64,000 bases of DNA, taken from the NCBI RefSeq assembly GCF_011386835.1, contig NC_088795.1:100626001-100690000 (forward strand), in the 5' to 3' direction. The notes beneath the pieces were generated by a model, which saw only the letters and a list, made by a program, of their open reading frames with translations, ran no database searches and was not told the origin of the DNA. Below, piece by piece: positions 50,810-62,500 of the stretch. How positions within the stretch are numbered: position 1 is the stretch's first letter; the number at the start of each line of letters is the position of its first letter. Source of the DNA: Chrysemys picta bellii (Eukaryota). The position numbers and the translations under genes were made by a program.

Positions 50810-51367
50810 CACTACAGTAAACAACCTCCATCTTCTCTCTATAACCCTGGAGGCATAGCATCTGCCTTCACAAGCTCCTATTGGGGTAGTGTATCTTTGT
50901 ACCCCCTTACTATGAGCTGAGTGCAATAACTGTATATATCTGTGTGGTCTACAAAATAAAAGTAACCTGAGTTTGACTGTTATTTATGAAGACTGTTCAA
51001 TTAACTCTGAAGTACTGTTTACACAGTCTATTTCAGTGACTGATAACGCACTGCACAACACACATACAGCCGAGGGAACCCTGAATTTGCACAACAGTGA
51101 ACCATGTCTTCTGGAATCTGAAAGCAGAACTTGACAGGATATTCGGTCCACTTATTTTTTTATTGCACAGAGAAGAGAGTCTTGACCTCAGATATTACAA
51201 GGCTAAACATTAAACAAGAAATGAAGGCCTTACAAAATTACAGACTGCCAAGGGGTCTACTCACCCATGACATGTGGGGATCCACTTGGAACGAATGGGG
51301 AGGGGAGAATCAATGAGTATTCATGAATGGCAGAACCACCACAAAAATTAATGCACTATCAGTTTAC

Positions 51368-51457
51368 CTGAGAGCAAAAGGATATTTCCTTGAAACTTTT
51401 CTCAAGTGCTACTTTTTTCGTGTCAGGACTGATGAGATAAACTGCAGACTGCCCAAT
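51368..51457 (-). CDS. TBC1D1: TBC1D1 exon (90 nt), PTB2
   Basis: IGQSAVYLISPDTKKVALEKSFKEISFCSQ; ttag|ATT ... CAG|gtaaac; phase 0-0. Confidence 0.97.
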
Positions 51458-53319
51458 CTAAAAACAGTTAAATAAAAAGAGGATTACATTTAGCTTCAAG
51501 AAACACTATGTCAAATTTGTTCCAACTAAGAAATGTTCCTTGTGTATGAGAAATCTCAAAATGCATTCCACTCCATACTTTGACTCAATGTAGATTTAAA
51601 TTACAATAATACAACACACTCCACATTTTGCATGAGAGAGAAAAAAATGACGCAAGGTTGGACCTGCACTTACTATTAAATTTATAGCATTGTAAAATAC
51701 TGAATTGGAATTTTGTTCTGTTTACGAGGCAAAGGAAAAATTAAAGGACCTGCATTTAACCAGACAATAGCAAAACTATACTTACAGCAAATCCTGTATC
51801 TTGGCAGGGGGTTAGACTAGATGACACTTGCGATCCCTTCTATGATTCTACAAAAAATCAGTTTTCCTACAACCTTAGCACATGTCAATTTAATCAAAGT
51901 TATGTGATGAAACTGCAGTGAAATCAAAAGGCAGGCCTGGAAGCTGACTGAACTCCCACTTATATTTTTTTAAAAGTGTTGTTAGATGTACACAGTACTT
52001 AATTTAAAGGCAATGTATCTCAAGATATAAAAATGAGGTGACTGGAGTACATTTTGATGTACATTTAGCTGTAGACCAGTTTTGTAGCAGTAACCCTGTA
52101 GCTGCCGAGAAGCACTGCCAGGTTTGAACAGGAAACTTTTTCCCAGACAGGCACTAATTTTAAGGTGAAACAGCTGTTCAGGATTTTTCATGAGACTGGA
52201 CATGGGCCAATATATAATGTTTAAATTGCAAAATTGTTGCCAAGTCTCTGCGGGCTTCTTCCTAATTGTCAGAAGATTGTATCTGCAGCCTGGTGAATTT
52301 TAGGATGTTTTCCTCTTAGAAAGGTGGAATCTCCATACACGCACACAAAAAACCAAAGTAACCCAAAAAACTACAGCCACCTACAATTCCCAGAATGTAC
52401 ATTAAACCATCCAGTGTGTCCCAGACACCTAGCTTATTGGAAAGACTCATCCAAGAGTGTAGGGGAGGAGAGTTGGGCCTCCTTCTTTTGTTTGTTCTAA
52501 GCATTTCCACATGGATTCATTCTTGACCCTCCATAAAACTTCCCACCATCTCCTTGTCCCCATGGCTTGTTTTCCTTTGCTGTCCCCCAGGGCTGACCTT
52601 TCAGCTTTTACTTGCGGGGAGGCCATTCATCTCCTTGCCGCTCAGCAGACCTCTCCTCTGTTTTTTGCTGGCTGCCTATTCCTGTGGCAGGCAGCTAGCT
52701 CCCACTTCTACCCCATGCAGTTGCAACTGTCAGAGGAGTGGGTCACTGTACCTAGGGGACTGGCCAGGATAGCAATCTCCCAAGATGGTTTATTAAAACA
52801 AATGACTGTGCCAGCCAGATTAAGGGAACTGGCAAGCATCCTAGTCTACATGTTTTTCATAACATCTAATGTGCCAAATACTCAGCCTCTACTATACATT
52901 TCATAGAAAACCACAACAATAACCACTGCACTCAAATAAAGGGTAGTTCAACATCTGAACAATGTTAATTCAAGATTGATCAATATTAGTTGGCTAACCA
53001 ATGAATTCCAGCACTGTGATCAGCTATGGGATGGTGGATACTGCAGTCCCTGACCAAGTCATTTCACTTCCTGCTCCTGAGAGGCGTTCCAACCAGATGT
53101 GCCATACAAGAAATCCAACTTTGTGTATTAAAGAAGCACCTTTTGTGAAATATTAGGAGACTAGGATGCCACAGTCAAAAGTATCCAAAGTTAAAAGCTC
53201 AGAAAGAAGCCACACCTGAAAGTCACGCCACTTTTTTGGGTGGCTAACTCTATACATTCAAGTTTGAAGCACACAGAGGATCGAGTCAAAATTTTCAGTT
53301 TTCACATCTGTAAAACATC

Positions 53320-53637
53320 GGCATACAGTCTCCGCAGTAATTACATTGCTTGTGTGTGTCTACGCTTTATTCATTGTGTCAGCAGCATGTGTCCTCATCA
53401 AGAGCATTTATACTGATTGTACTGTCAGCATGGGGCATTGTGGGGTGGCTTCCGACAGCCAGTAACAGTTGATGTAAGCAGCACAGTGTCTATACTGACT
53501 TTATGCCTCTTGTGAACATGGCATTATTAAGTCAGCGTAGCGAGGCAGTTACATCGGCGAGAGCAAAATGTTAGTGTAGATACTTACATAGTTAGGTCTG
53601 CCTGGAATCGACCTAATTCTGTAGTGTAGCCCAGGCC
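53320..53637. mobile_element. Partial PIF/Harbinger-type MITE
   Basis: Right end gtagtgtagcccaggcc with internal gtgtagatac and gtgtctatac motifs; left end not resolved. Confidence 0.55.
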
Positions 53638-54237
53638 TAAATTTTAAAAGTATTGCACTGTATTTAAAAAACTTTGTACTAAAAAGCACAGAACCACCAT
53701 CCCTTCTCTCGCCACCTCCATCTCCAGGAATAGCCAGCCAAAAGAAACACACACAAGTACTTAATGTACCCAAGAGATGAGCTCAAGATAACCAGCCAAA
53801 CTATTGTCTACTATACTACCTCTAATTAACCAGTGTTGTACAAAATATAGTAAACATGAATGTATTTGCAATATAGCAGGAAAATGAAGCAAAACTAACC
53901 TATACACTCTTCAAATCCTGACAAACAATAGTAGGGGTGTAGCTGGCTAGGTGAATTTTGGATACAGAGAGGTCAACCTGGTGCCAACCTCAACGTCAGT
54001 ATGCTCAGAACTACCCACAATAGCAGCCCACAGTTACACATACACACCGATTACTACTGGGAGTAGGTGCAGTTAAACTGCAAGAGCACCTTAACTAAAC
54101 TGCTTGTTATGAGACACAAAGTGAGTGCTTGCCTGCAGCCAAGTTCCAAAGATTCTGTGCTCTAAACAGGCAGCATCTCTCACCTATAAAGTTGTTTCTG
54201 CTGTAATTATTTAGCATAATACACACACAATATATAT

Positions 54238-54313
54238 AACTAACTTTTATTATTTCTGTGAGATAGAGATAGAGATATATATCTCTATCTCACAGAAATA
54301 ATAAAAGTTAGTT
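54238..54313. repeat. Perfect inverted repeat, 34-bp arms, 8-nt loop
   Basis: 54238-54271 is the exact reverse complement of 54280-54313. Confidence 0.95.
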
Positions 54314-54626
54314 CCAGCCTTTACATCAGATAATTATCAATAATATTTCCTAATAGTTTCTCAACACTGTCCTTTTGAAGCTCAATGTTTTACGTGGTGC
54401 TGTTTTAAACTGTTTCACTTAATATACTTTGACAACGTAAAACAGATTTTTACACTGAATGATAAAACTCTACAAAGAAATATATAAAATTTTATGTGTA
54501 ACAAGCTCCAATAACTGCAGGAAGTTATTCAAGGAGGAACTCTCATCTTTGTAGGACATTTCTTTTGCATTTCCTATCCAGTGTTTAAGAGACATAAAAT
54601 GCTTGCAAAGTTGCAATTTGTTTTAC

Positions 54627-55160
54627 CGTGAACAACATAGTCCGGTTTCCTGCAATATCTGTTGGCTGCACAACGTTGTGTCCATAGCCAAGTTGACGTT
54701 TTAGGTTCAGCGAAGTCTCAGTTTCATCAAAAGAGCTGGCAAAACTGTTACTCCTGCAACTCCCATCTTGCAAGTCCCTCTTAAAAGAAAAGGAACGCAG
54801 CCCAGGCTGAGAATAAGATTTCCTAATTGGCCTTTTCTCTTCTTCTTCACCGACCAAGGGTTGAAAAACAGATCGCAATTTATCACTGAATGATAATCCT
54901 CCAGAATTACTGGCAGTTTCACGTTGTTGGGACAATGAATTAAATTCCAATTTTTTGGTACAACTAACATGGTTAAATTTTTCTATACATTCATCTATTA
55001 ATGCTGGGGGCGCATTTTTGTGTGCTACTGTCACTCGTCCACAGAACAACACCTCAAACTTTTTGGAAAAAGGGTCTTCAACTTCAGATGGATTATTCTG
55101 GAACTCTTCTTGGCGAGCGATTTTTCCAGCCTGTCGAATGGAGCCAATAATCTCAGGCAC
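54627..55160 (-). CDS. TBC1D1: TBC1D1 internal coding exon (534 nt): end of PTB1 region, Ser237-equivalent AMPK/14-3-3 motif, start of PTB2
   Basis: Translates VPEIIGSIRQAGKIARQEE...FEVLFCGRVTVAHKNAPPALIDECIEKFNHVS...RPIRKSYSQPGLRS...NRTMLFT, recognisably human TBC1D1 (VPEIISSIRQAGK...RKSFSQPGLRS...NRTMLFT). Acceptor ttctcgtag|GTG, donor ACG|gtaaaa, phase 0-0. Confidence 0.97.
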
Positions 55161-55401
55161 CTACGAGAAAGAGAAAAAAACAGTATCAACAAATGGTTCT
55201 TTATGCCTAAGACATTGGAATGCTAAAAGGAGACTCCTTATGTCAAATTTCCATTTCCAATTTCCAAGTGGCCACTAATTTTGGGTGCCACCTTTTCTGA
55301 GAGACCACCTGGAGACATCGTGAATTTATCTCAAACAATATGTGCATTAGCAGTTAGATATTGTTCGATAGAAAACCTTGCGAGGAGGACGAAAACTGGT
55401 T

Positions 55402-55595
55402 AATATATGGAGATATACCTATCTCATAGAACAGGAAGGGACCCCGAAAGGTCATCAAGTCCAGCCCCCTACCATCACTAGCAGGACCAAGTACTGATTT
55501 TGCCCCCCGATTCCTAAGTGGCCCCCTCAAGGATTGAACTCACAACCCTGGGTTTAGAAGGCCAATGCTCAAACCACTGAGCTATCCCTCCTCCC
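55402..55595 (-). mobile_element. Turtle tRNA-derived SINE
   Basis: Reverse of gatagctcagtggtttgagcattggcc…ggactt gatgacc…; ends in gagataggtatatctcca. Confidence 0.9.
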
Positions 55596-56571
55596 TTCAT
55601 TTGCTTGCCTAACAAGAGATCATCATCATTAATACACAATCAGTGGACCTGATCTGTCAAGGTGCTGAGGATTTCCAAGAAAGCCTCTGGACTGATTTAA
55701 ATCAAAACAATTTAAATCACAAATTTTAATCATGATTTAAATCAGCAAGCAGAAAATCTTGATTTAAATAATCAATTTTAATTATGTCTGCATTTGTATG
55801 TAAATTTGTAATAAATTAGTTATTTTCCTGAAGAAAGGTTGATTCTCATTGGTTGGTAACCATTAAAACATGTTGATTTGCAACTAATTATAGCTTTTGG
55901 ACTACATTTGGTGCTTCTTTTTGCTAACTAGGTGAATAAAGTATATTTAAATATATTTATTTAAGCAATTATATAGCTTAATTTAGGTTTATCAGATCCT
56001 CAATTTTTACATTTTTATTATGTTAAGAAATGCATCATTCACCATGCTGTGCGGAGAATAAAATGATGTCCTCTATGCAGTAAAAGTGTCAGAACACCGT
56101 TTGTCTGTTCTAGCCCTGGCTCAAGGGACAGACTACTGAATAACCTATGGTGGACCCCACAAGAGTCCAGGAATTCCACTGTACTAGATGATTCATTTTA
56201 TACTTCTGATTTGTGTCAAGCTACGTTTGGCTGGAAATCGAATGAATAAAAAATGTGCAAAACCAGCATTTAAAATCTATTTATTAGTTAAATAAAACTA
56301 CTTTAAATGTGCTGGATACATAAGAAGAAAAGTTTATTAAAATGTTTTGCATTTAAAACTGATTTATTAAAAAAGGAAATATCATCAATAGTTAATGAAT
56401 TGCATTGACTGTTTCTGTTCACCATGTCATTGAAAATTGTAGAACTAGTAGGTCTCATCCTCCCACAGCTATTTTTCATTCATAGATTGAAAGAGAAAAA
56501 ACAAACTTTCCTGCTTTTTCAGCTCCCAACTGGTTTCTAAACATTGAATGAAATAGTCATTGAAGTGAACT

Positions 56572-58020
56572 AGTGTGCTAAGTCGGAGCGTGCAAATGAA
56601 ATTTGCTGAGGATACCAAGTTTGGAGGCATGATCAATACAGAGGAGGATCGGAACATTATACAGGAAGATCTGGATGAACTTAAAGACTGGAATGACAGG
56701 AATGGGATGAAATTCAACAGTACTAAGTGCAAGATCATGCACTAAACATTTCTACTGCAACCTGGGGCTCCTTAGTTGGAAGCAACAGAGACCTGAGTGT
56801 GTGGGTCAATTACAGGATAACTATGAGCCACCAATGAGCTGGGGCTGTGAAAAGGGCAAATGTGATCCAAGAATGTATTAGGCGAGGCATTTCTAGTAGA
56901 GATATAGAAATATTAATGCCATTGTTCAAGGCACTGGTAAGACTTCATTTGGAATATTGTGTACAAATCTGGTCACCCATATTCAAGAAAGATTAATTTA
57001 AACTAGAACAGATGCAGAGAAGAGCTACCAGGATGATTGGGGAATGGAAGGCCTATCTTATGAGAGAATACTGGAAGAGCTTGTCATGTTTAGTCTAGCA
57101 AAAAGAAGGTTGAGAGGGGATATGATTGCTCTCCATAAATATATTAATGGGGTAATTCTAGACAGAGTTTAAACTAAAGGATGGTGTTGGCACAAGAACA
57201 AATGGATATAAACTGGCCATGAACATATTCAGGCTGGAAATTAGAAAGTTTCTAACAATCAGAAGGTGAGGTTCGGAAACAGCCTCCCAATAGACATTAT
57301 GGGGGCAAACAACTTTAAATTAGTTTTACGAGAGAAGGGGAAATTTATGAGTGCAATTGTATGATGGTGTTGCTTATGATGGTAGGGGGCTGGGCTCAAG
57401 GGGCTCACTTCTAGTTTTTCATATGTTACCCAAAGCTCATGCTTCAGTGTTTCAGCAGGAGTCAGGAAGGGATTGCCCCCGCCCCTCTCCACCTGCCTGC
57501 CCCAATGTATTCTGGGAGGGTTTTTCTTTAAAAAAAATAATTCCTTCCTTGAAGCATCAGGGATGGACATGATTGTAGATGGAGAAGGCCAGAGCTCTGA
57601 GGTGGCACCGAGTTTCTCTTGCTCAAGTGCTTGGCTGGCTGGTTCTTGCTCACATGCTCAAGGTTTACCTGACTGCCATATGTGGGGTCAGGAAGGACTA
57701 TATCTGCAGGTCAGATTGACAGTGACCTTGGGGATTTCTCGCCTTCCCCTGCAGCATGTGGGTGTGGGTCACATGCCAGGATTATCTGGGTATATCTCAT
57801 GTAATCCTTTCCCTGTCATTAAGGGGACCTCAAGCTCTGGTGTACCTCAGTCTTTCCTATTTTCTGTCGGTGGCACATAACTGTATAATACTTTGGTTTC
57901 ATTTCAGTTGCTGGATTTAGTGTGCAGGTGCTGGGGAGTGTGGGTGACCTGTGGTATACAGGAAGTCAGACTAGATGATCTAGTGGTTCCTTCTAGCCTT
58001 AAACTCTAAGACTCTATGAT
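56572..58020 (+). mobile_element. CR1 LINE 3' fragment with long 3' UTR
   Basis: KFAEDTKFGG…IQEDLDELKDW…MKFNSTKCKIMH; LVRLHLEYCVQIW; terminal gactagatgatctagtggttccttctagccttaaactctaagactctatga. Confidence 0.88.
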
Positions 58021-58304
58021 CTACTTGAATAAGATGAAATGAAGAAAATATTCTCTCTGCCCCTGCAAAAGAGACTACTGCTGTCAAAAGTTGGTTTAAC
58101 CCTTCAACAAACTTCAGGTGCTTAGCCAGCAACTTCCACCAGTTCAGTGGTTTGACTTTCTTTAAAACTTAGCAGCAAATATGTACTGCTTACTATTATT
58201 TTTTGTATTTAATGTAAATGATTTTAATAGATTATCATCAGTTTGGGTCTTGACATAGGCTGCCAATTTCAAATTTAATTTTAAATAGGTTTATATTTTA
58301 AAAT

Positions 58305-58506
58305 GGGGAAGCATAGCTCAGTGGTTTGAGCATTGGCCTGCTAAATCCAGGGTTGTAAATTCAATCCTTGAAGGGGCCACTTAGGGATCTGGGGCAAAAT
58401 CAGTACTTGGTCCTGCTAGTGAAGGCAGGGGGCTGGACTCGATGACCGTTCAAGGTCCCTTCCAGTTCTGGGAGATAGGATATCTCCATTAAAAAAAAAA
58501 AAAAAA
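58305..58506 (+). mobile_element. Turtle tRNA-derived SINE with poly(A)
   Basis: Same head as 23226; tail gagataggatatctcca followed by A16. Confidence 0.9.
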
Positions 58507-59754
58507 TCTCTATTTAATAATTTAATTTTTAAAAATCCTCAATTTTCATCCACCCTGGCCTCTACAACTCACACCCCAGTGTTAGTATCAAGTTCAAACT
58601 CAAAAAGGAAAGACAAATAACATTCTAGAATATAACAGTAGCCACAAAACAATCAGGAATGCCAAGCATTAATGTTATTGGTAGATTAATGGCATATCTT
58701 GCACACTTGTTCATAGTACCTTCATAGTAGCACATTCTACCATTAAACCAAAATGTTTTTGACAGAAAGTAATTTTGTTTGAAAGAAACAAAATAATTTC
58801 TTTTGTCATATATTTCTATAATTCCACACGGTGGGAGTCCTATCTAAATTAATTTAAACATTCCACCATTTTCAGGGAATCCATGTTAGGAAATACTCAG
58901 TTATGATCCACAGAAACTATAAATTATAAAAAAAAAGCCCAACTACTATCAGAGGCCAATATTTTAATTAATTAACATGAACTGAATCAATAATAGTTGG
59001 AAATCGCTTCTGCTGTCTGAATAGCACATGCAAGTCTTCTTCCAATGGTCTGCTAGGCTCATATTTATAGTGTGTGTACCATACTTGGTTATGTCACACT
59101 ACTTTGTGTTCTTTCGCAGCCTTTGATTGGAGTAAGGGATTATATTATATCAGCAACAAAGGCTGTAGAACAAACACAAACCTGGTGCCATAGCGTATTC
59201 ATCCAGCGGAGAATACTGCCAGATATTTAACAATCCAGAATGATTTTGACAAAAGACCAATGAATGCATAATTTTCTACAGAAATGGATCTCATCTAGTG
59301 AAAGAAGAAATTTAGGATTAAACCCACTTTCAGAATGATTGTGTTCATGAAAATCTGATTGCTGATGCTGCAGCAGGAGGTCTGGAATAGCATTCTAAAA
59401 CATCAAACCAGGAGAACCATCTCCCCAGACAAGTACTGAGATGGTGAGGTATGCTTCAACTCCAGAGAACCCTTCTGGAGGTCACCTCTGCTTTTAATAA
59501 ACATATCCATTTTTTTTTAAAACAGTTGAAGTACAACAGGACTATGCAGAAACAATTGAAAGGTTTTACCTTCAAGAGTTCAGAAACTCAGCACTGCTTT
59601 TTTTTTTTATAGATAAGGAAGTATGGCAAAAAGCATTAGTCAGAGGATTAAAACAATGAATATGACAAATAACAACAATCAGTCAGGAAACACTACTTCA
59701 CCCCTGAGCATGATGCATGAATCATCAGTTAAATCATACATAGAGGAAACAGAC

Positions 59755-59905
59755 AATGGGTCAGGACTTCAAAATTCTATTCCCAGCTACACCACTAATT
59801 AGCTGAGCAGCCTTGGGCCTAGACAGCTCTGTGCCTGGGTTTTAACGTATGTAAAATGGAGATGATAGTTCTTGTTACCTCCAAGGATGTTGTGAGGCTT
59901 ATTAT
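59755..59905 (+). mobile_element. MIR/CORE-SINE remnant
   Basis: ctctgtgcctgggttttaacgtatgtaaaatggagatgata…gatgttgtgagg. Confidence 0.55.
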
Positions 59906-60372
59906 TTAATAGGCCAGACCGTGTGTTCTTCCCTTTCTAGATTGGAAGAAGAAAACGTCTGTGGGGGACTTTAAGCCATTTCTGCACCCTCCATAATTCT
60001 GGCCCTGTCCAGAGACACTACTGAGAGTAGACATAAGGTTGCGTGTGCCAAGTTTTAGGTGACCATCTATGGACTGTTACTCCAGCACAATAGCTTCCTC
60101 TCACACCCTCTCTACCCATTGCAGAGCCAATACACCAGACCCTTATGACTCAGTGCTTGTAAAGTAAAGTACTTTGAGATACTCTCCTGAAAGCTGCTAC
60201 TTAAGTGCAAAGTGATATTCCTGGAATTGAAGAGAAACTGGGAATTAGATGAGGTTTGGCAACTTCCGATTCAGATTTGTGAATTGTAAGGAAAAAGACC
60301 TTTCATCTAGCCACATAACTTATGTAGTTTGTCAATTACACATATAATTTGGTTATACATAGCCACATTTCA

Positions 60373-60654
60373 GGCTATGTCTGCATGAGTGTTTTCCAGG
60401 AAATCTTCCCTTGTTCCATCACCAGTACAGCTCCACCAGTGGGAGTGCCAGAGTAGACCAATTACAAGTATTCATATTACCATGTTATCCAGACATGCTC
60501 TGAGCAAGTTAGATGACACAATAGGCAAAAGACACTGACAGCTGAGCTACATTCCCATTCTCATCATTGCTACCATTACCAGGACTGTGGTGGTGGTGAT
60601 GCAATAGAGGGAGATTTCCTGGAAAATGCTAACATCTGCAATGCAAAAATAGCC
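60373..60654. mobile_element. Harbinger-like MITE
   Basis: ggctat…/…atagcc termini; subterminal ttttccaggaaatct / agatttcctggaaaa inverted pair. Confidence 0.55.
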
Positions 60655-61589
60655 ACTAAATGGAGGTTACCCCAAATCAGCGATACAGCAGTTTTATCCC
60701 TCCAAGCTAGGAGTTTGCACCAGCACAGCTACTCCAAAAGGTGTAGTAGGGGAAAATTCCGAGTGTAGATAGGCCTATGACCAACTGCTAATGCACTGTT
60801 ACTGAATTTGTTTTCTTCAGTGTTTATATCCCTCAGATACCCTTCGGACCTTCATTAGACTGCTGTTCTATAGCAAACCGGGTCCTCTATGCAGCTATAA
60901 TTTAACAAACAAACAAGACAAACCTAAAATCCTAGGTTTACTTTAAAACAGTTAAACTTCACATTCAAAAAGATACACAATGGGCCTTAAAAGGGAGGGA
61001 TAGTTTTTATTTTGCCTTGGGCTTGAATTTCCTGGTATTACATCATTTATAAATAGCAGCTGGGCTTCAATGCTGTGTCTATTTAAGAGTATTTCCTCCT
61101 TTGTTGTGTAAGAACATGAAATGTGTACCTAAACTCGACACCTAAAGGGCATCCAAAGAGCAAAAAAAGGGAGAAGTACTGCCACTTGCAACCTACATTA
61201 GATTCTAATGGTCAACCTAGAACATTACTTCAGTGACATAATTGCAACCATTTCTTTAATACATGTGCACACCACCAGGCTGATCAGCCAAACTGACGCA
61301 GCATGGTTCTAATATTTAATACTGACATTGAGTAGAAGTGATAAATCTGCACTTGGCTGTGCATTTAAACATTTTCCTTAATTTGTTAGGGGGATGAGAC
61401 AGGGGAGAAAGAGAGAGGGGGAAAAACCCACAACTGTTTCCCAAAGGTCCTCTGGGGCTGGATGAAATTGTTTAAAAATATTTTTACTATTAGACTTCAG
61501 TAGTACACCAGACCTTCATGTACAGGTTTACATAGAGGTCTAGGAACCAGTAATTCATAAATTTTAATGTTTGTTCTGGCCCCAACTCC

Positions 61590-61730
61590 CTCTGTGCTCC
61601 CTGGGAAGGAGAAATCATTACACCACTCTGTCTCAGTTTCACCAATTGTAAAATGAGAATAATGCTTAGCTGCCTCACTGAGGTACGGTAAAGATTAACT
61701 AGTTTAAAAATTGTGAAGTACTTTCAAGTT
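61590..61730 (+). mobile_element. MIR/CORE-SINE remnant
   Basis: ctctgtctcagtttcaccaattgtaaaatgagaataat. Confidence 0.55.
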
Positions 61731-61774
61731 GAAATGTTATAATTGCTAAGAATTATTAAAGTAAGTCATGCCTG

Positions 61775-62500
61775 ACTGACAGGCATACAAACAGGATGTT
61801 AGGAATCATTAAAAAAGGGACAGAGAATAGCTTATTGCCCTTATATAAATCCATGGTACGCCAACATCTTGAATACTGCGTACAGATGTGGTCTCCTCAT
61901 CTCAAAAAAGATACACTGGCATTAGAAAAAATTCAGAAAAGGGCAACTAAAATGATTAGGGGGTTGGAATGGGTCCATATGAGGAGAGATTACAAAGACT
62001 AGGACTTTTCAGCTTGGAAAAGAGGAGACTAAGGGAGGATATGATAGAGATATATAAAATCGTGAGTGGTGTGAAGAAAGTGAATAAGGAAAAGTTATTT
62101 ACTTGTTCCCATAATATAAGAACTAGAGGCCACCAAATGAAATTAATGGGCAGGAGGTTTAAAACAAACAAAAAAGTTCTTCTTCACACAGCGCACAGTC
62201 AACCTGTGGAACTCCTTGCCTGAGGAGGTTGTGAAGGCTAGGACTATAACAGGGTTTAAAAGAGAACTAGATAAATTCATGAAGGTTAAGTCCATTAATG
62301 GCTATCAGCCAGGATGGGTAAGGAATGGTGTCCCTAGCCTCTGTTTGTCAGAGGGTGGAGATGGATGGCAGGAGAGAGATCACTTGATCATTACCTGTTA
62401 GGTTCACTCCCTCTGGGACACCTGGCATCGGCCACTGTGAGTAGACAGGATATTGGGCTCAATGGACCTTTGGTCTGACCCAGTATAGCTGTTCTTATGC
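61775..62500 (+). mobile_element. CR1 LINE 3' end
   Basis: [24 protein letters not shown]…[12 protein letters not shown]; [28 protein letters not shown]; terminal gttcttatg. Confidence 0.92.

Larger units (their letters stand above)
55691..58557 (-). mobile_element. Decayed hAT element hosting a CR1 and a SINE
   Basis: gatttaaatc subterminal repeats at left; minus-strand KPLNWWKLLAKHL…AGAERIFSS (about 58040-58170) dimerisation motif; right end catccaccctg; gcctct on both flanks. Confidence 0.7.

Noticed and set aside
47418-50861. Many 100-186 aa overlapping ORFs
   Set aside because: They fall inside GC-rich MITEs where stop codons are rare; low-complexity Pro/Gly translations with no recognisable domain.
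51982-52203. Minus-strand ORF near the ZNF143-like motif as an alternative first exon
   Set aside because: No convincing phase-0 donor to join the 90-nt exon.
8885-58020. The CR1 at 8885-10335 ends near the RT position where the CR1 at 56572 begins, suggesting one element split by 46 kb
   Set aside because: The two look like different CR1 subfamilies, the second is nested inside a hAT, and the TBC1D1 exons between them are colinear, so it is a coincidence.
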